A stretch of 64,000 nucleotides of DNA from NCBI RefSeq assembly GCF_009914755.1, contig NC_060927.1; one strand, written 5' to 3'. This DNA comes from the human T2T-CHM13v2.0 reference genome, Homo sapiens. Both the position numbers and the translations under genes were made by a program. The notes beneath the pieces were generated by a model, which made no database searches, was not told the origin of the DNA, and was given only the letters and a program-made list of their open reading frames with translations. The number at the start of each line of letters is the position of its first letter. The first letter of the stretch is position 1. Of the stretch, positions 53,291-64,000 are shown in pieces.

Positions 53291-54306
53291 TAGGCTATGT
53301 TAAACTAATTTTTTTACATATGTTTTCCTTCTTCAGTAATAAATTAACCTCCAGCCTGGGCAACATGGCAAGATCCCATCTCTACAAAATTAAAAAAAAT
53401 AAAAATTAGCCAGGTATGGTGGTGGTGCCTAAAGTCCCGGCTACCTGGGAGGCTGAGGTGAAAGGATCTCTGGAGACCGGGAAGTAGAGGCTGCAGTGGG
53501 CCGTGACCATGCCTCTGCACTCTATCATGGGTGACAAAGCAAGACTCTGTCTCAAAATAATTAAAATTAAATAAAAATCTTAGCTTACTTTAACTATTTT
53601 ACTATATAAACTTAATTTTTTAAATTTTTACCCTTTTGTAATAACACTTAGCTTAAAACAAACACATTTGTACAGCTGTACAAAAATATTTTCATTCTTT
53701 ATATCCTTATACCATGAGCTTTTTTCTATTTAAAATGCTATTTATTTACTTTTTAAACTTTATTTAAAAGTAGAACATAAACACACATATTAACCTAGAC
53801 CTACAGGGAGTCAGGATCATTAATATCACTGTCTTCCACTTCCACATCTTGTCCTACTGGAAGGTCTTCGGGGACAATAACAGGCATGGAGCTGTCACCC
53901 CCTAAGACAGCAATGCCTTCTTCTGGAATTTCTCCTGAGGGAGCTGCCTGTGGCTGTTTTACAACTAACTTTTTTTTATATAACTGGAAGAAGTGCACTC
54001 TAAAATAACCAATAAAAAATACAGTATAGTAAATACATAAACCAGTAGCATAGTTATTTTTGATGAAGTATTAGGTACTGCACATAATTGTACTTGCTAT
54101 ATGTCTATACAACTGGCAGTGCAGTAAGTTTGTTTCCACCAGCATCACCACGAACAGGTGATGAATGGGTTGCTCTATGATATTATGGCATCTATGATGT
54201 TACTATGCAGTAGGAATTTTTCAGCTCCATTATAATCTTAAGGGGTCACCATCATATACATATGGTCCATCATTGATGGAAACATCCTTATGCAGTGTTG
54301 TGACTG
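53291..54306 (+). mobile_element. Tigger3b lacking its 5' part, interrupted by AluJ
   Basis: Colinear with 8222-9019 (aataaattaacct|tagcttact...gtcaggatcattaatatcactgtcttcc...); right TIR tgactg + ta. Confidence 0.9.
53351..53578 (+). mobile_element. 5'-truncated AluJ
   Basis: ccagcctgggcaacatggcaagatcccatctctac...gaggctgcagtg...gactctgtctcaaaa. Confidence 0.92.
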
Positions 54307-54477
54307 TAACATAAGGAAGGGAAATGTGTGCTATGAGAGAGTACTGTGGGGGTTTATCAACTAAGAATTGGGAAACTGAGGGCCCAGCTGAGTTCTGCCA
54401 ATAACTATGTGTGATTCTAGGCTTGTGAATGTTTTCCCTCTATGGGCTAAAATGTTCTGCTTCCTGAAGTAGGTGGG

Positions 54478-54647
54478 TGCTATGGACTGAATGTGTCCTC
54501 CTCAAACATTTATTTGTTGAAGCACTAACCCTTAATGTGGCAGTATTTGGAGGTGGGATCTTTGGGAAGCAATTAGGCTTAGATGAAGGTAGGACCCCCA
54601 TGATGGGAATCAGTGATTTTATAAGAAAGGGAAGAGAGACCAGAGCT

Positions 54648-54687
<40 letters not shown>

Positions 54688-54921
54688 CCTGCTCTCTACT
54701 CCTCTATCTCTCTCCTGTCTCTCTCTCCCTGTCATGGGAAGACACAGCAGGAAGACAGTCAGTTGTCTGCAAGCCAGAAAGAAGGCCCTCACCAGGCAAC
54801 CAAATCAGTCATCAGCGTCTCCATGTTGGACTTCCCAGCCTCCTGAACTGTTAGAAATAAATTCCTATCGTTTAAACCAGTCTACAGTATTCTGTTATAG
54901 CAGCCCAAGCTGACTAATACA
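54478..54921 (+). mobile_element. MLT1A/A1 MaLR solo LTR with internal (CT)n
   Basis: tgctatggactgaatgtgtcc...cagcccaagctgactaataca; perfect TSD gtggg; (CT)n at 54651-54684. Confidence 0.92.
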
Positions 54922-55624
54922 GTGGGTAAATTCAAAAAAGCTAAATGGTTTTGTTTATGTCCTGTAACTCTCAGGTTGATATATCTAACAGTTTCTTCCA
55001 TGATGCTAAAAGTCATAAGACCTTGCAAACGAATCAAAATTAAATTATGTTCTAGTCTGGGTTTTATTTTTACTGTATTTCATTTTTTAATTTATTTTCA
55101 AATACTTTAAAGCTGAAAACCATGTAAGACGTATGTGATAACTGAGTAAAACAGAATATTTAATTAAACAGAACCCCTCCTTCCCCAAGCATTAGGGGAT
55201 TTACTTGTAATTTAGTTATATAAGTCCTACTGGTATTTTACAGCAACCCTAAGAAGTAAGAACATTTTAATACTGTTCTCTCTAGTATTCAAAATAATGA
55301 AACAATGACTTGCTAAGGTTATATCTTCATTGTTCACAATATTTTAAATAGGTTAATACATTTATAATAAACACTCTTCAATGCAGTACATATTTGAAAG
55401 AAATCTTATTTAAACAGGGCATTACAAATGTAATAAAAAGGTTGCATGATAAAAATTTGCCCTATCCATGATACAGGAGACAAAGATGAACTTTAAAATG
55501 AATACCAAGGATAAGCTAAATACTGTGGGAATTTGTCACCAAACTTTTACATTTTTATTGTAACCTACTAAATTATCTTAATTAAATTTTAATAAAGCCC
55601 ATCACAAAATGCAAATTCCTAAGC

Positions 55625-55835
55625 ATCTGTTTGACAGCTGACTATTATTCCATTGTATGGATGTAACACAATTCATTTTCACAGATCCCTTTTCATGGCC
55701 ATGTAGATTTCTTCCAGTAATTTGCTATTAAATGAAAAGCTAAGTTAACATTCTTATACACATATCTTTGCTTATTGGTGTGACCATATATTTATCCTGG
55801 ATAAATTCTTAGATGGTAACTTACTGGGTCAAATC
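55625..55835 (-). mobile_element. Old L1M ORF2 3' fragment
   Basis: tattccattgtatggatgtaacaca...tttgctatta...aacattcttatacacatatc...ggataaattcttaga...actgggtcaaa. Confidence 0.75.
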
Positions 55836-55959
55836 AACATGTAGTAATGTTGAAATGTATAGACAACATTGGTGAGAAAATATGTAACTTGAGTTTTAGT
55901 AACTAAATTCATTATAGCTCAGGAGTTACCATTTCAATAGATCACTGAAAATAATTACA

Positions 55960-56775
55960 TTTGTCAGTTCAAAGTGTATTGGTCACCTCTTGTTTAAAAT
56001 TCAGTCACTTTTGGGGACGTATTCCACAATTATGGGATTCTTCCTCCTTCCCCACTCCCCCTGCTTTCACACTGTGCCATAGATCATCTACATTCTTAGG
56101 GATGAGGCAAGGGAATACTGCATATCCTGGCCTCAGCTCCATGTGCTGCCTTTGATCCTTGTTGCCTCTGTTGAGATGCCTGTTGATGCTTAGTCTTAGG
56201 TTGTCAGCCTCCGTTCTTCCTACCTCCCACCTGCATAGTTGAGGCCCTCTGCACATCTTGTCTGAACTCGAGGCCTCTTTTTTATCCAATGTCCTTCTTA
56301 CCATTGCTATACTGATGGTTGTGTAGCTCACAGACTCCCAGCGGCTTTTTCAACACCTGACTGAGATTTGTTAAACTGCCTTCAGGTCAAGAAATCTCCC
56401 ACAGCCATTGCCATTTTACTACTACTTAGGTGTCATGATGCTTCAGTGTCATCCTGGATGCAGGTCTCTAGTTTATAAGAGGTTGGCCATCTTCCATCAT
56501 ATAAGCTCTTATGCACTGGGATGCCCCCCAAACTATTCATGAAAGAGTTAGACTAGTGTTGCCCTTATTAGGCACCCATGAGCATCTATGCTCTTATCTC
56601 ATCCTCTCTGGATCTTCCATTTATTCTAGTCAAAATCTTACTCATATTGGGTAGGAAGAAAGTGATTTCACTATGCATTTTCCCTGTCCTGTAGCCTTAC
56701 AGTCAAATTTTTGGCTCACTCTTACAACCTTCTTGCTGTAGTGATAGTTGTAAGCCTTATGATAGTCGTAAACTT
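55960..56775 (+). mobile_element. Possible L4 (RTE-X) LINE 3' region
   Basis: GC-richer block ending caaatttttggctcactct...gtaagccttatgatagtcgtaaactt, resembling recalled L4 3' ends; weak. Confidence 0.4.
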
Positions 56776-57559
56776 TACATTTTGGAATTCTGAGATAAAC
56801 CTTTTTTCTTTCTCTTCAAAGCCCAATGCTTTCAAGTCAAATGGGCTTTAAAATTTCTAATGAGTCTAATTAAATGTTAATAGATTAGATGCCTGTCTTG
56901 AAAAGCCATATATTTACATCATTCCCGAAAAAAAAAACAAATGGATAATGATTTGGAAAATATAAGCATTTATACATGATTAGCTGGTTACTTTGGAAAA
57001 TGAGTATTGTAATGATAAAAAAATCCATTTCATATTTATTTAAGAACTATATTATGAATTAAGTTATAGATATCATAGATGAATGATTTCAGAGTCTGTT
57101 TTTAAAAAATGGGTCAACAATGAAGAAAACCATTGTCAGAATGATGACATTTTTACACTTAGACTTAGGAGATAGGTTTTTACCATCACTGGAAGACAAA
57201 ATAGGGAGGCCTTTAAAATGATGTCATTGAACTGTGGGAAATAAAGAGTTACACGTTTCTCTGGATTTGAGAGATTTCATATAAAATGCACTGTCAACTT
57301 GTAAAAGGATCACATTGTCTTTCCTTGAAGTTTCTTGTTTATAGGAAATCGATTATTTCTATTTACTAAAAAGTCTTCAGAGAGTCCTCATTATCGGAGA
57401 GTTTATCTGAGCCTAGGCTGTATATCTACTATGGAGGAGTTAAGTGATTATGACACAGTATTCACTAATGAACTAAACATTTATTTAAATATTCCCACTT
57501 AACCATTCTTTACAGCTTATTACTGTGTGTCTATGACTATTATCAATGACTTTGTAGGT

Positions 57560-58080
57560 CAGCCTACTAACATGTAGTAAACAATGCCAAATCTTGTACA
57601 AGATGCAGGATATCTTGAAGTCACTGAAGATAATTTTAGAGAATTAACCAATTACAGACAAATCCATTGATGATGGCGAGTTAGGCCAGTTAAAAATGAA
57701 AAGAAAATTAATGCAGATATAGACAAGATAGACAACTCAAATAAGAATGCTTTCAACCTCAAAGAATTAAAAGGAGTCCTTGAGGAAATTTATGAAAATC
57801 TTGAGATGCCCACAAATTTCTTTTTTTCAAAAATTAGCCGATTGTGATCTTTCTGGGAAAATTAAATGAGAAGTAAATAGTATCATACTGTGTTATCTAT
57901 ATTGTTGTTGAAAAACTAATATGAGAAAAACAGAAATCAACATTTGATAACGTGTGTGTCCTTCCTAAGCAATAAACACATAATTGAAATTAGAACATAC
58001 ATTTTACTAAATGAAAGAAAATATTTATTTTCATAAATTTTAGTTTTATTTTTCAAGAAAAAAATCTCAATTACACTTTA
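57560..58080 (+). mobile_element. Tigger13a-like DNA transposon
   Basis: gagttaggccagttaa...tcaaagaattaaaaggagtccttgaggaaatttatgaa...gaaaaacagaaatcaacatttgat...ataattgaaatt. Confidence 0.65.
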
Positions 58081-58164
58081 TTTTTTACCCCTAAAAACCA
58101 ATAATGTATTGACGTGCATTTTAAATTGGTTTTCTTCAATGTCTTTTTTCCAGTACCTTTTAAA

Positions 58165-58470
58165 TTTTTTTTTTGGTTTACTTATTTTAGAGACAGGGTC
58201 TCATGCTGTCACCCAGGCTGCAGTGCAGTGGTATGATCATAGATTACTATAGCCTGGAACTCCTGGGCTCAAGCAATCCTCCCGCCTCAGCCTCCTGTGT
58301 AGCTAGGACTATAGGTGTGCACCACTATGCCCAGCTAATTATTTTATTTTTTGTAGAGATGGGGTCTCATTATGTGGCCCAGGCTGGTCTGGAACTCCTG
58401 ACATCAAGCTATCTTCCCACCTCAGCCTTCCAAAGTGCTGGGATTACAAGTATGAGCCACCACACTGGGC
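58165..58470 (-). mobile_element. AluJo/Jr
   Basis: agacagggtctc...gatcatagattactatagcctggaactcctgggctcaagcaatcctccc. Confidence 0.94.
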
Positions 58471-58484
58471 AGATGGCACTTTTA

Positions 58485-59124
58485 TGTGGTGCAAATGTAG
58501 CTACACTTAGATTACTTTTTCAGAATTCCTTTCCCTGTGTGTCTCCAGGATATCATTGGACACAAAAGACATTTTACACAAGATTTGGAAGGTGAAAGTG
58601 AGACAGAATTTACATATATATATTTTATGTTTTGGAGATCGTTGCTGGGCTCCATGTACCATGGCTGCTTACAGGTGTTGGCACTGATGTGCCAGCTCAC
58701 CTCCTTGGGATGGAGCAACACCCAGATCCACAGCTCTTCTAGCCAGATGTCTTCCTTCAACTTCTAATACTGGGCCAAATGTGTCATAGCTTCATCATGA
58801 GGAATATCAGGTTCTCTTGCAAGTCACCCAGGCCTTTGAGGTTGGAGATGGTAGGGAGGGCAGATATGGGTTCAAGTGTGTACTTGAGAATTCTAATTGT
58901 TCTCATGGGTCCCAGCTTCTCTTTGCTCTCATCTACATGTGGCTTTACTTCTCCACTGCCAGTGTGGCAGATCTGTGATGTCTTAAGTCTCAATAGTGGA
59001 TGCAGAGGGAACAGCTTGTATAGACTGCCCAACCAACTTTCATGATTATTCCAGATTTGACTACAGTGTACCCCATATCACTCCTAGTGAGTTCTGCTTC
59101 TCTAATAGAACCATGACTTCTCCA
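58485..59124 (+). mobile_element. LTR50-like ERVL solo LTR
   Basis: tgtggtg...agatttggaaggtgaaagtgag...gaggttggagatggt...atatcactcctagtgagttctgcttctctaatagaaccatgact. Confidence 0.75.
58640..58835 (-). pseudogene. Decayed APOA4-like coding fragment carried inside the LTR
   Basis: GDLQENL...KL and KLKEDIWLEEL...LLHPKEVSWHISAN...MEPSNDL vs APOA4 GDLQKKLVPFATEL and [46 protein letters not shown]. Confidence 0.7.
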
Positions 59125-59289
59125 CTAGAGTAGTCTCAGATATTGAGAACCAAATAGAATATGCACCGTGCCATCTCATGGCAGAAGCTGGCTTTTTTGT
59201 TGCTTGTTTGTTTGTTTGTTGATCCTAGTTTCTAATCAGTGGTATGGAACTAAAAATCTATTTTTTAATTTTAACATTATAAAAAATTA

Positions 59290-59465
59290 TCAGCGACAGT
59301 AAATTCAGACAGGGAGTTAGAAGATTTATGTTCCAATCCCAGCCCTAACACTTAACTTGCAGACTTGAGTAAGAATGCTCTGAATTTTCCAATGAAATAA
59401 GGATTAAAAGGAAAAAAAACGTGCTTTGTCCTCTTCATAGAGAATTATGAATGTAAAATTAGACA
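59290..59465 (+). mobile_element. MIR SINE
   Basis: gacagggagttagaagatttatgttccaatcccagccctaacacttaacttg. Confidence 0.6.
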
Positions 59466-59740
59466 AAACTATTAAGATACACATACAAACTTGCATGCAC
59501 ACACACACTTACACCATAATACCCATTCAAAATGTCTTATTTTATGACTAAATATGTCATCATGAAGTTATATACTTTGCACAATACTAGACATGGGATA
59601 TGAACTACATTAGTCAGACAGCCTCACTGTGTAAATCATTAAACACTTATGAATGCATTTACCCCATGTTAAAAAAAAAAAATGCAAATAGTACTTTGTG
59701 TCTCCATACTTCATGATGAAACTGTAAGATTAAACTTGAC

Positions 59741-60107
<367 letters not shown>

Positions 60108-60884
60108 TTAGTACCACCAGCATTATTAAGATGTGTGTGTATCTTCCCACTGAGGTACAGAGTCCACACATGGAGGTACTGACTAAGTTTTGTGCAACTC
60201 TCAACTAGGTGGGAGCAATTTATTTTTTATCTAGGCATGATTCCTGTTTGTCCTCATTCTCTTGGTCCCTTCAGTCTTTTAGGTCAGTTCACTACTTGCC
60301 TTTTCCTTTTCTAAAATAAGTAGTATAGCAGAGGTCAATGCTCCAAAACATTCAAACTGTTACCAATTACTTTACTTTGGAGTGAGTAAACATCTATACC
60401 ACAGTGACTAGATAAAGAATGGGCTTAATCTTTCCTTGCCATCCCTTACCTCAGTCAACACAAGTTGTTGAAAAATGACTGATGAAAAAGCAAGGCTGAG
60501 AATGAAGCTAGGTCCTTCATAGAACCAAGATGTAGTTTGCAGTTGTTGAATTGCGCATTCATCAGGAATGTACAGTTACAGTCATATATTTCAGGTATAA
60601 TTCCTATTATCCTGAAAGGAAGTAGTTAATCTGTCATTCCTGTTAACTGAAACTCTCTGCCACAGATGCTAAATAATTGTGAGCCTGCTTAAGAAAGAGA
60701 TGGCAAAAACTATTTTGTGAATATAAATTTTTTAAAACACACAATTTTTATTTGCTTCATTAACTGCTACTTTAGGGGAGAGAAATAGGCACCCACTCTG
60801 TGAACTGATCATCTTGATAAGAAAGCTAATGAGACAGAAGCCACATCAGGTATTGTCAACTTCTTTTCCTGGTAATCAATACAA

Positions 60885-61075
60885 GAACAGCATCAGCAAT
60901 CATTGATTATGTGTTTCCTGTGTGCCAAAGATTATGCTAAGAGACTCGTAGGGAGTATATAATTTAATCCCAACAAACCATATGCAATAATAGGATCATA
61001 TAATTTTGCAGATAAGGAAACAGTGATGTAGAGAGGGTTCCTGGCCTGCCCAAAATTACCCCATGTTATCCCAGC
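60885..61075 (-). mobile_element. MIR (resumes ~61803-61855)
   Basis: tgtgtgccaaagattatgctaag...tttaatcccaacaaacc...ttttgcagataaggaaacagtgatgtagagaggg. Confidence 0.7.
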
Positions 61076-61078
61076 TAT

Positions 61079-61801
61079 AGGGTTGTCCGACAAAACATCA
61101 AAAAAAAAAAAAAAAAAACAGCTACATTAGAATTCAGACAAATGACAAATGAATTTTAAATATAATGTCCCAAATATGTAGTATAAGTATGCATAAAAGA
61201 AAATTTGCCCTGGACCATTTAAACAGGCAAGAAATACTATTCATGACTATTGCAATGGGGAGAGAGACTATTTCAATAGGGAAAAGAGACTGAACAGAAT
61301 TGGGATGAAACAAAAGAAGAGTTTTTAATTGCTGGGTGAGCTAGCAGAAAGGTACTAGAGAATGCTGGGAGCAGGTTGTTCAATGTGACTAGGCCATTTG
61401 TGTTTGCTAATTGGTGCTTATTAAAATTAGGCCTCTGCCCCCTCACAGAGACTGGGAGATATAGACCCTAACTTTCCTAATAATCACATTTCAAAGGGAT
61501 AGCTCTCAGGTCCTTGAGAACGACATTTCTGGGATATAGAAGATTCATATATCAAAGGGGTAGAAAACTAATGTGCAATTTCAAGCTTTCTAAAGTAAAT
61601 GCTCTTAAGAAAATGAAGGTCAAGGGCCAAGAGTCAGGAAGAAAACTAAAGTTTAGTCAAGCTAGAGAATGTTGAGGTCATCCTGGTCATGTGTCCCAAA
61701 TATTATACAAAATATAATTATACTAAAAAAAAATTTGCTAATCTGAAATTCAAATTTAACAGGGCATCCTGTATTTCTATCTGCTAAATCTAGCAGCCCC
61801 A
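61079..61801. mobile_element. MER53 palindromic MITE split by a MER67 LTR
   Basis: agggttgtccga...gtataagtatg | tgtcccaaatatt...atctgaaattcaaatttaacagggcatcctgtattt...gctaaatctagcagccc. Confidence 0.85.
61192..61689 (-). mobile_element. MER67(B)-like ERV1 solo LTR
   Basis: Reverse complement begins tgaccaggatgacctcaacattctctagcttgactaaactttag...gagcatttactttagaaa...ctcaaggacctg...ccctttgaaatgt; TSD-like tatg / tgtg. Confidence 0.82.
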
Positions 61802-62379
61802 TACAACGAGCAAGTTGTGGAACCAGTACACTGCATTGATTTGCTCCTGAATTCCTCCCTGGCATATAAAAGCTTTTGATTCAGTGTTTGGTAAATAACC
61901 AAAGTTTCCAGACTCTGTTTCCATTTTCTATTAATTCTCTAACTATCCCTATGTGTATGTTCATTTTGTTTAGAGAGAATATGAGGATTATTGCCAAGTG
62001 GGAGTGGGAGGCAGGCCTCAAGGCTGAATCAGAGCACAATTATTCCTTCAAGGATTATACAGAGAAGAAATATTTTCACTACTTCTCTACAGAGCACTTA
62101 TAGCTCTGCTGTGTTACCTTGACACAGAGGAAAGCATAGCAAGTATTAAAGCCTCTAAACCAGCAATTATGTGCCCAAAGAAAAGATACTTCTGTAGACC
62201 TTCATTTTTTAAATTATATTCTTCATATATGGCTAAAGCTTTTCTTTAGTTGTGAGAAAACTTGCCCCTTCTTGTTTCAAAAAATTAAAAATCTAAAAAA
62301 AAAAGAATCCACACAAACTAATACAAATTCCATATTAAATTGTAGTCATTATGTTTATCAATTACACACAAAGTAATTA

Positions 62380-63775
62380 TCAAATAATCATGTTTTAGCG
62401 GAATCTAATCTTTTTCATTGTGTTGAAGGAGGAATCCATCACTTATATTTTGTTGTTGTGCACTTATCAACAATAATTTTTAATATTTTTCAAATGCTTA
62501 TTTAGCATCTGCACAGGTGATTAAATTATTTTTTCCATAGATTTCTTATCAAACAGAATCATACTAATAAGTTCCTAATATTAAGCCATTCTTGCATTCC
62601 TGAAATAACCCATACTAGATTATAATGTGGCATGATTTGCAAGAACTGCTTAATTTGAGTTATAAATATTTTATTTTAGATTTTTAATAAATAATAAAAT
62701 AATACATAAGATTCTTGTGTTTAGTACAATCTTTGTCAGGTTTTTATATCAATAATACACTCAGTCCCTTAAGATAGTTTGTAAATGTACCTTTATTTTT
62801 TACATGCTGTAATAAATTAAAGAGCATTACAATTATTTAAAAATTTGATTAAACCCCCTACGTAACCATCTGAGCCTGAGGTTTTTGAGTGGGATCTTCT
62901 TGATAGCATTCAATATTTCTTAAATGAAAATAGATTAATTTGAATTATTTTTTAAAAGTCTGTTTTGATAATTATATTTTCCTATAAAATTATACATTTC
63001 ATTCAGGTGTCTAAATGTATTCATACAAATAATAATATTAATTTTCTTTTCTCTCTTTTTAAATTATTTATTTTTAGAGATGTAATCTAGCTATGTTGCC
63101 CAAATGCCAGGGCTCAAGTGATCCTCTCACCACAGCATCCCACATTTTTCTTTTTGTGATTAGTCAACCGTTTATTTTACTGTTCTACTCCCAAAATCTA
63201 TTTGCATATTGCTTTTACTGTTTTTAAGTTTTCACAATAATTTATTTTTGCATTTATCTTTATTATAAATTCCTTACTTAGACCTTTTATTAGTGTATTT
63301 TATTTTTTCTAATTATTTTGCATCTGACACTTAATTTATTTGTCCTTATTCTTTCTTTCTTAAAAAAATGAATATAAGTTTTAAGGTTTTGAGTTTCCCT
63401 TAGAGCATTATGTCCCTTGGGTTCTGATAGATATTATTTTTATTTTTCTCTGTAAATCTTATTCTCCAGTTTTGGTTTTTCCTCTTTGAACTAAGAGCTG
63501 TTCGAAAGAGAGCATTTAAATCCCTCAGTGGAAGAATCTTTTGTGGGGGACTGATTTTGTTTGTATGCATAGATTTTCTGCACCATCATGGGAATATTAT
63601 CTGTATTTTTTCACTTTCATAAATTTATTGAAATTACTTCTGGCGTAATATTTGGTTAATTTTTATGAATGTTCCATCTGCTCTTAAAAAGAAGATATAT
63701 TTACATTTGTAGGAAATTGAACATTATTTATACACTATTAGTTAGATCAGCCTCTTAAATTATTTTTTTTGGGTA
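62380..63775 (-). mobile_element. Old L1M ORF2 fragment, with a FLAM remnant at ~63050-63143
   Basis: aagccattcttgcattcctgaaataacccatact...ctttgtcaggtttttatatcaa...accatctgagcctgaggttt...aattttttatgaatgttccat. Confidence 0.8.
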
Positions 63776-63777
63776 GT

Positions 63778-64000
63778 TGCTATAGACTGAATGTTTGTGT
63801 CCCACCCAAAATTTGTATGTTGAAACTAATCTTCAAGATGATGGCTGATGGTATTTGGAGGTGGGGCCTGTGGGAAGTGGTTAGCTCTTGGGGGAAGGGT
63901 GGCTAATAAATGGGAATAGTACCCTTATAAAAGAGACCACAGAGAGCTCCCTTCCCCTTTCCACCATGTGAGGACACAGTAAAAGTACAGCTGTAGAGAT
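63778..64000 (+). mobile_element. MLT1A0-like MaLR LTR (runs off the window end)
   Basis: tgctatagactgaatgtttgtgtccc...ggtatttggaggtggggcct...cccttataaaagagacc...ccaccatgtgaggacacag. Confidence 0.88.

Overview
AT-rich, repeat-dense human genomic DNA, intronic or intergenic. The human assignment rests on an L1HS-Ta element. I recognise no host protein-coding exon, tRNA, rRNA or CpG island. The only convincing long ORF is the ORF2 C-terminus of a 5'-truncated L1HS Ta-0 insertion (16830-18433, perfect 17-bp TSD). The rest is layered transposon fossils: about 18 Alu/FLAM/FRAM copies including a young AluY; MIR, L2 and old L1/HAL1; DNA transposons (two Tigger3b, Tigger13a, MER3, MER5, MER58A, MER91A, MER53, MER104, a half MADE1); solo LTRs (MSTB1, MLT1A, MLT1K, MLT1H/I, MER66B, MER67, LTR50); and an apparent two-LTR MLT1J provirus with nested insertions. 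Most notable: (i) an unexplained near-perfect 37-bp-stem hairpin at 23625-23713 in apparently unique DNA; (ii) a decayed APOA4-like coding fragment carried antisense inside an ERVL LTR50; (iii) the potentially polymorphic L1HS; (iv) atypical Alu structures (tailless with TSD, left-left-right trimer); (v) a locally templated inverted insertion in an L1PA16. Family names come from recalled consensus sequences, not a database search, and boundaries of old repeats are approximate. The sequence alone does not support a new multi-gene system.
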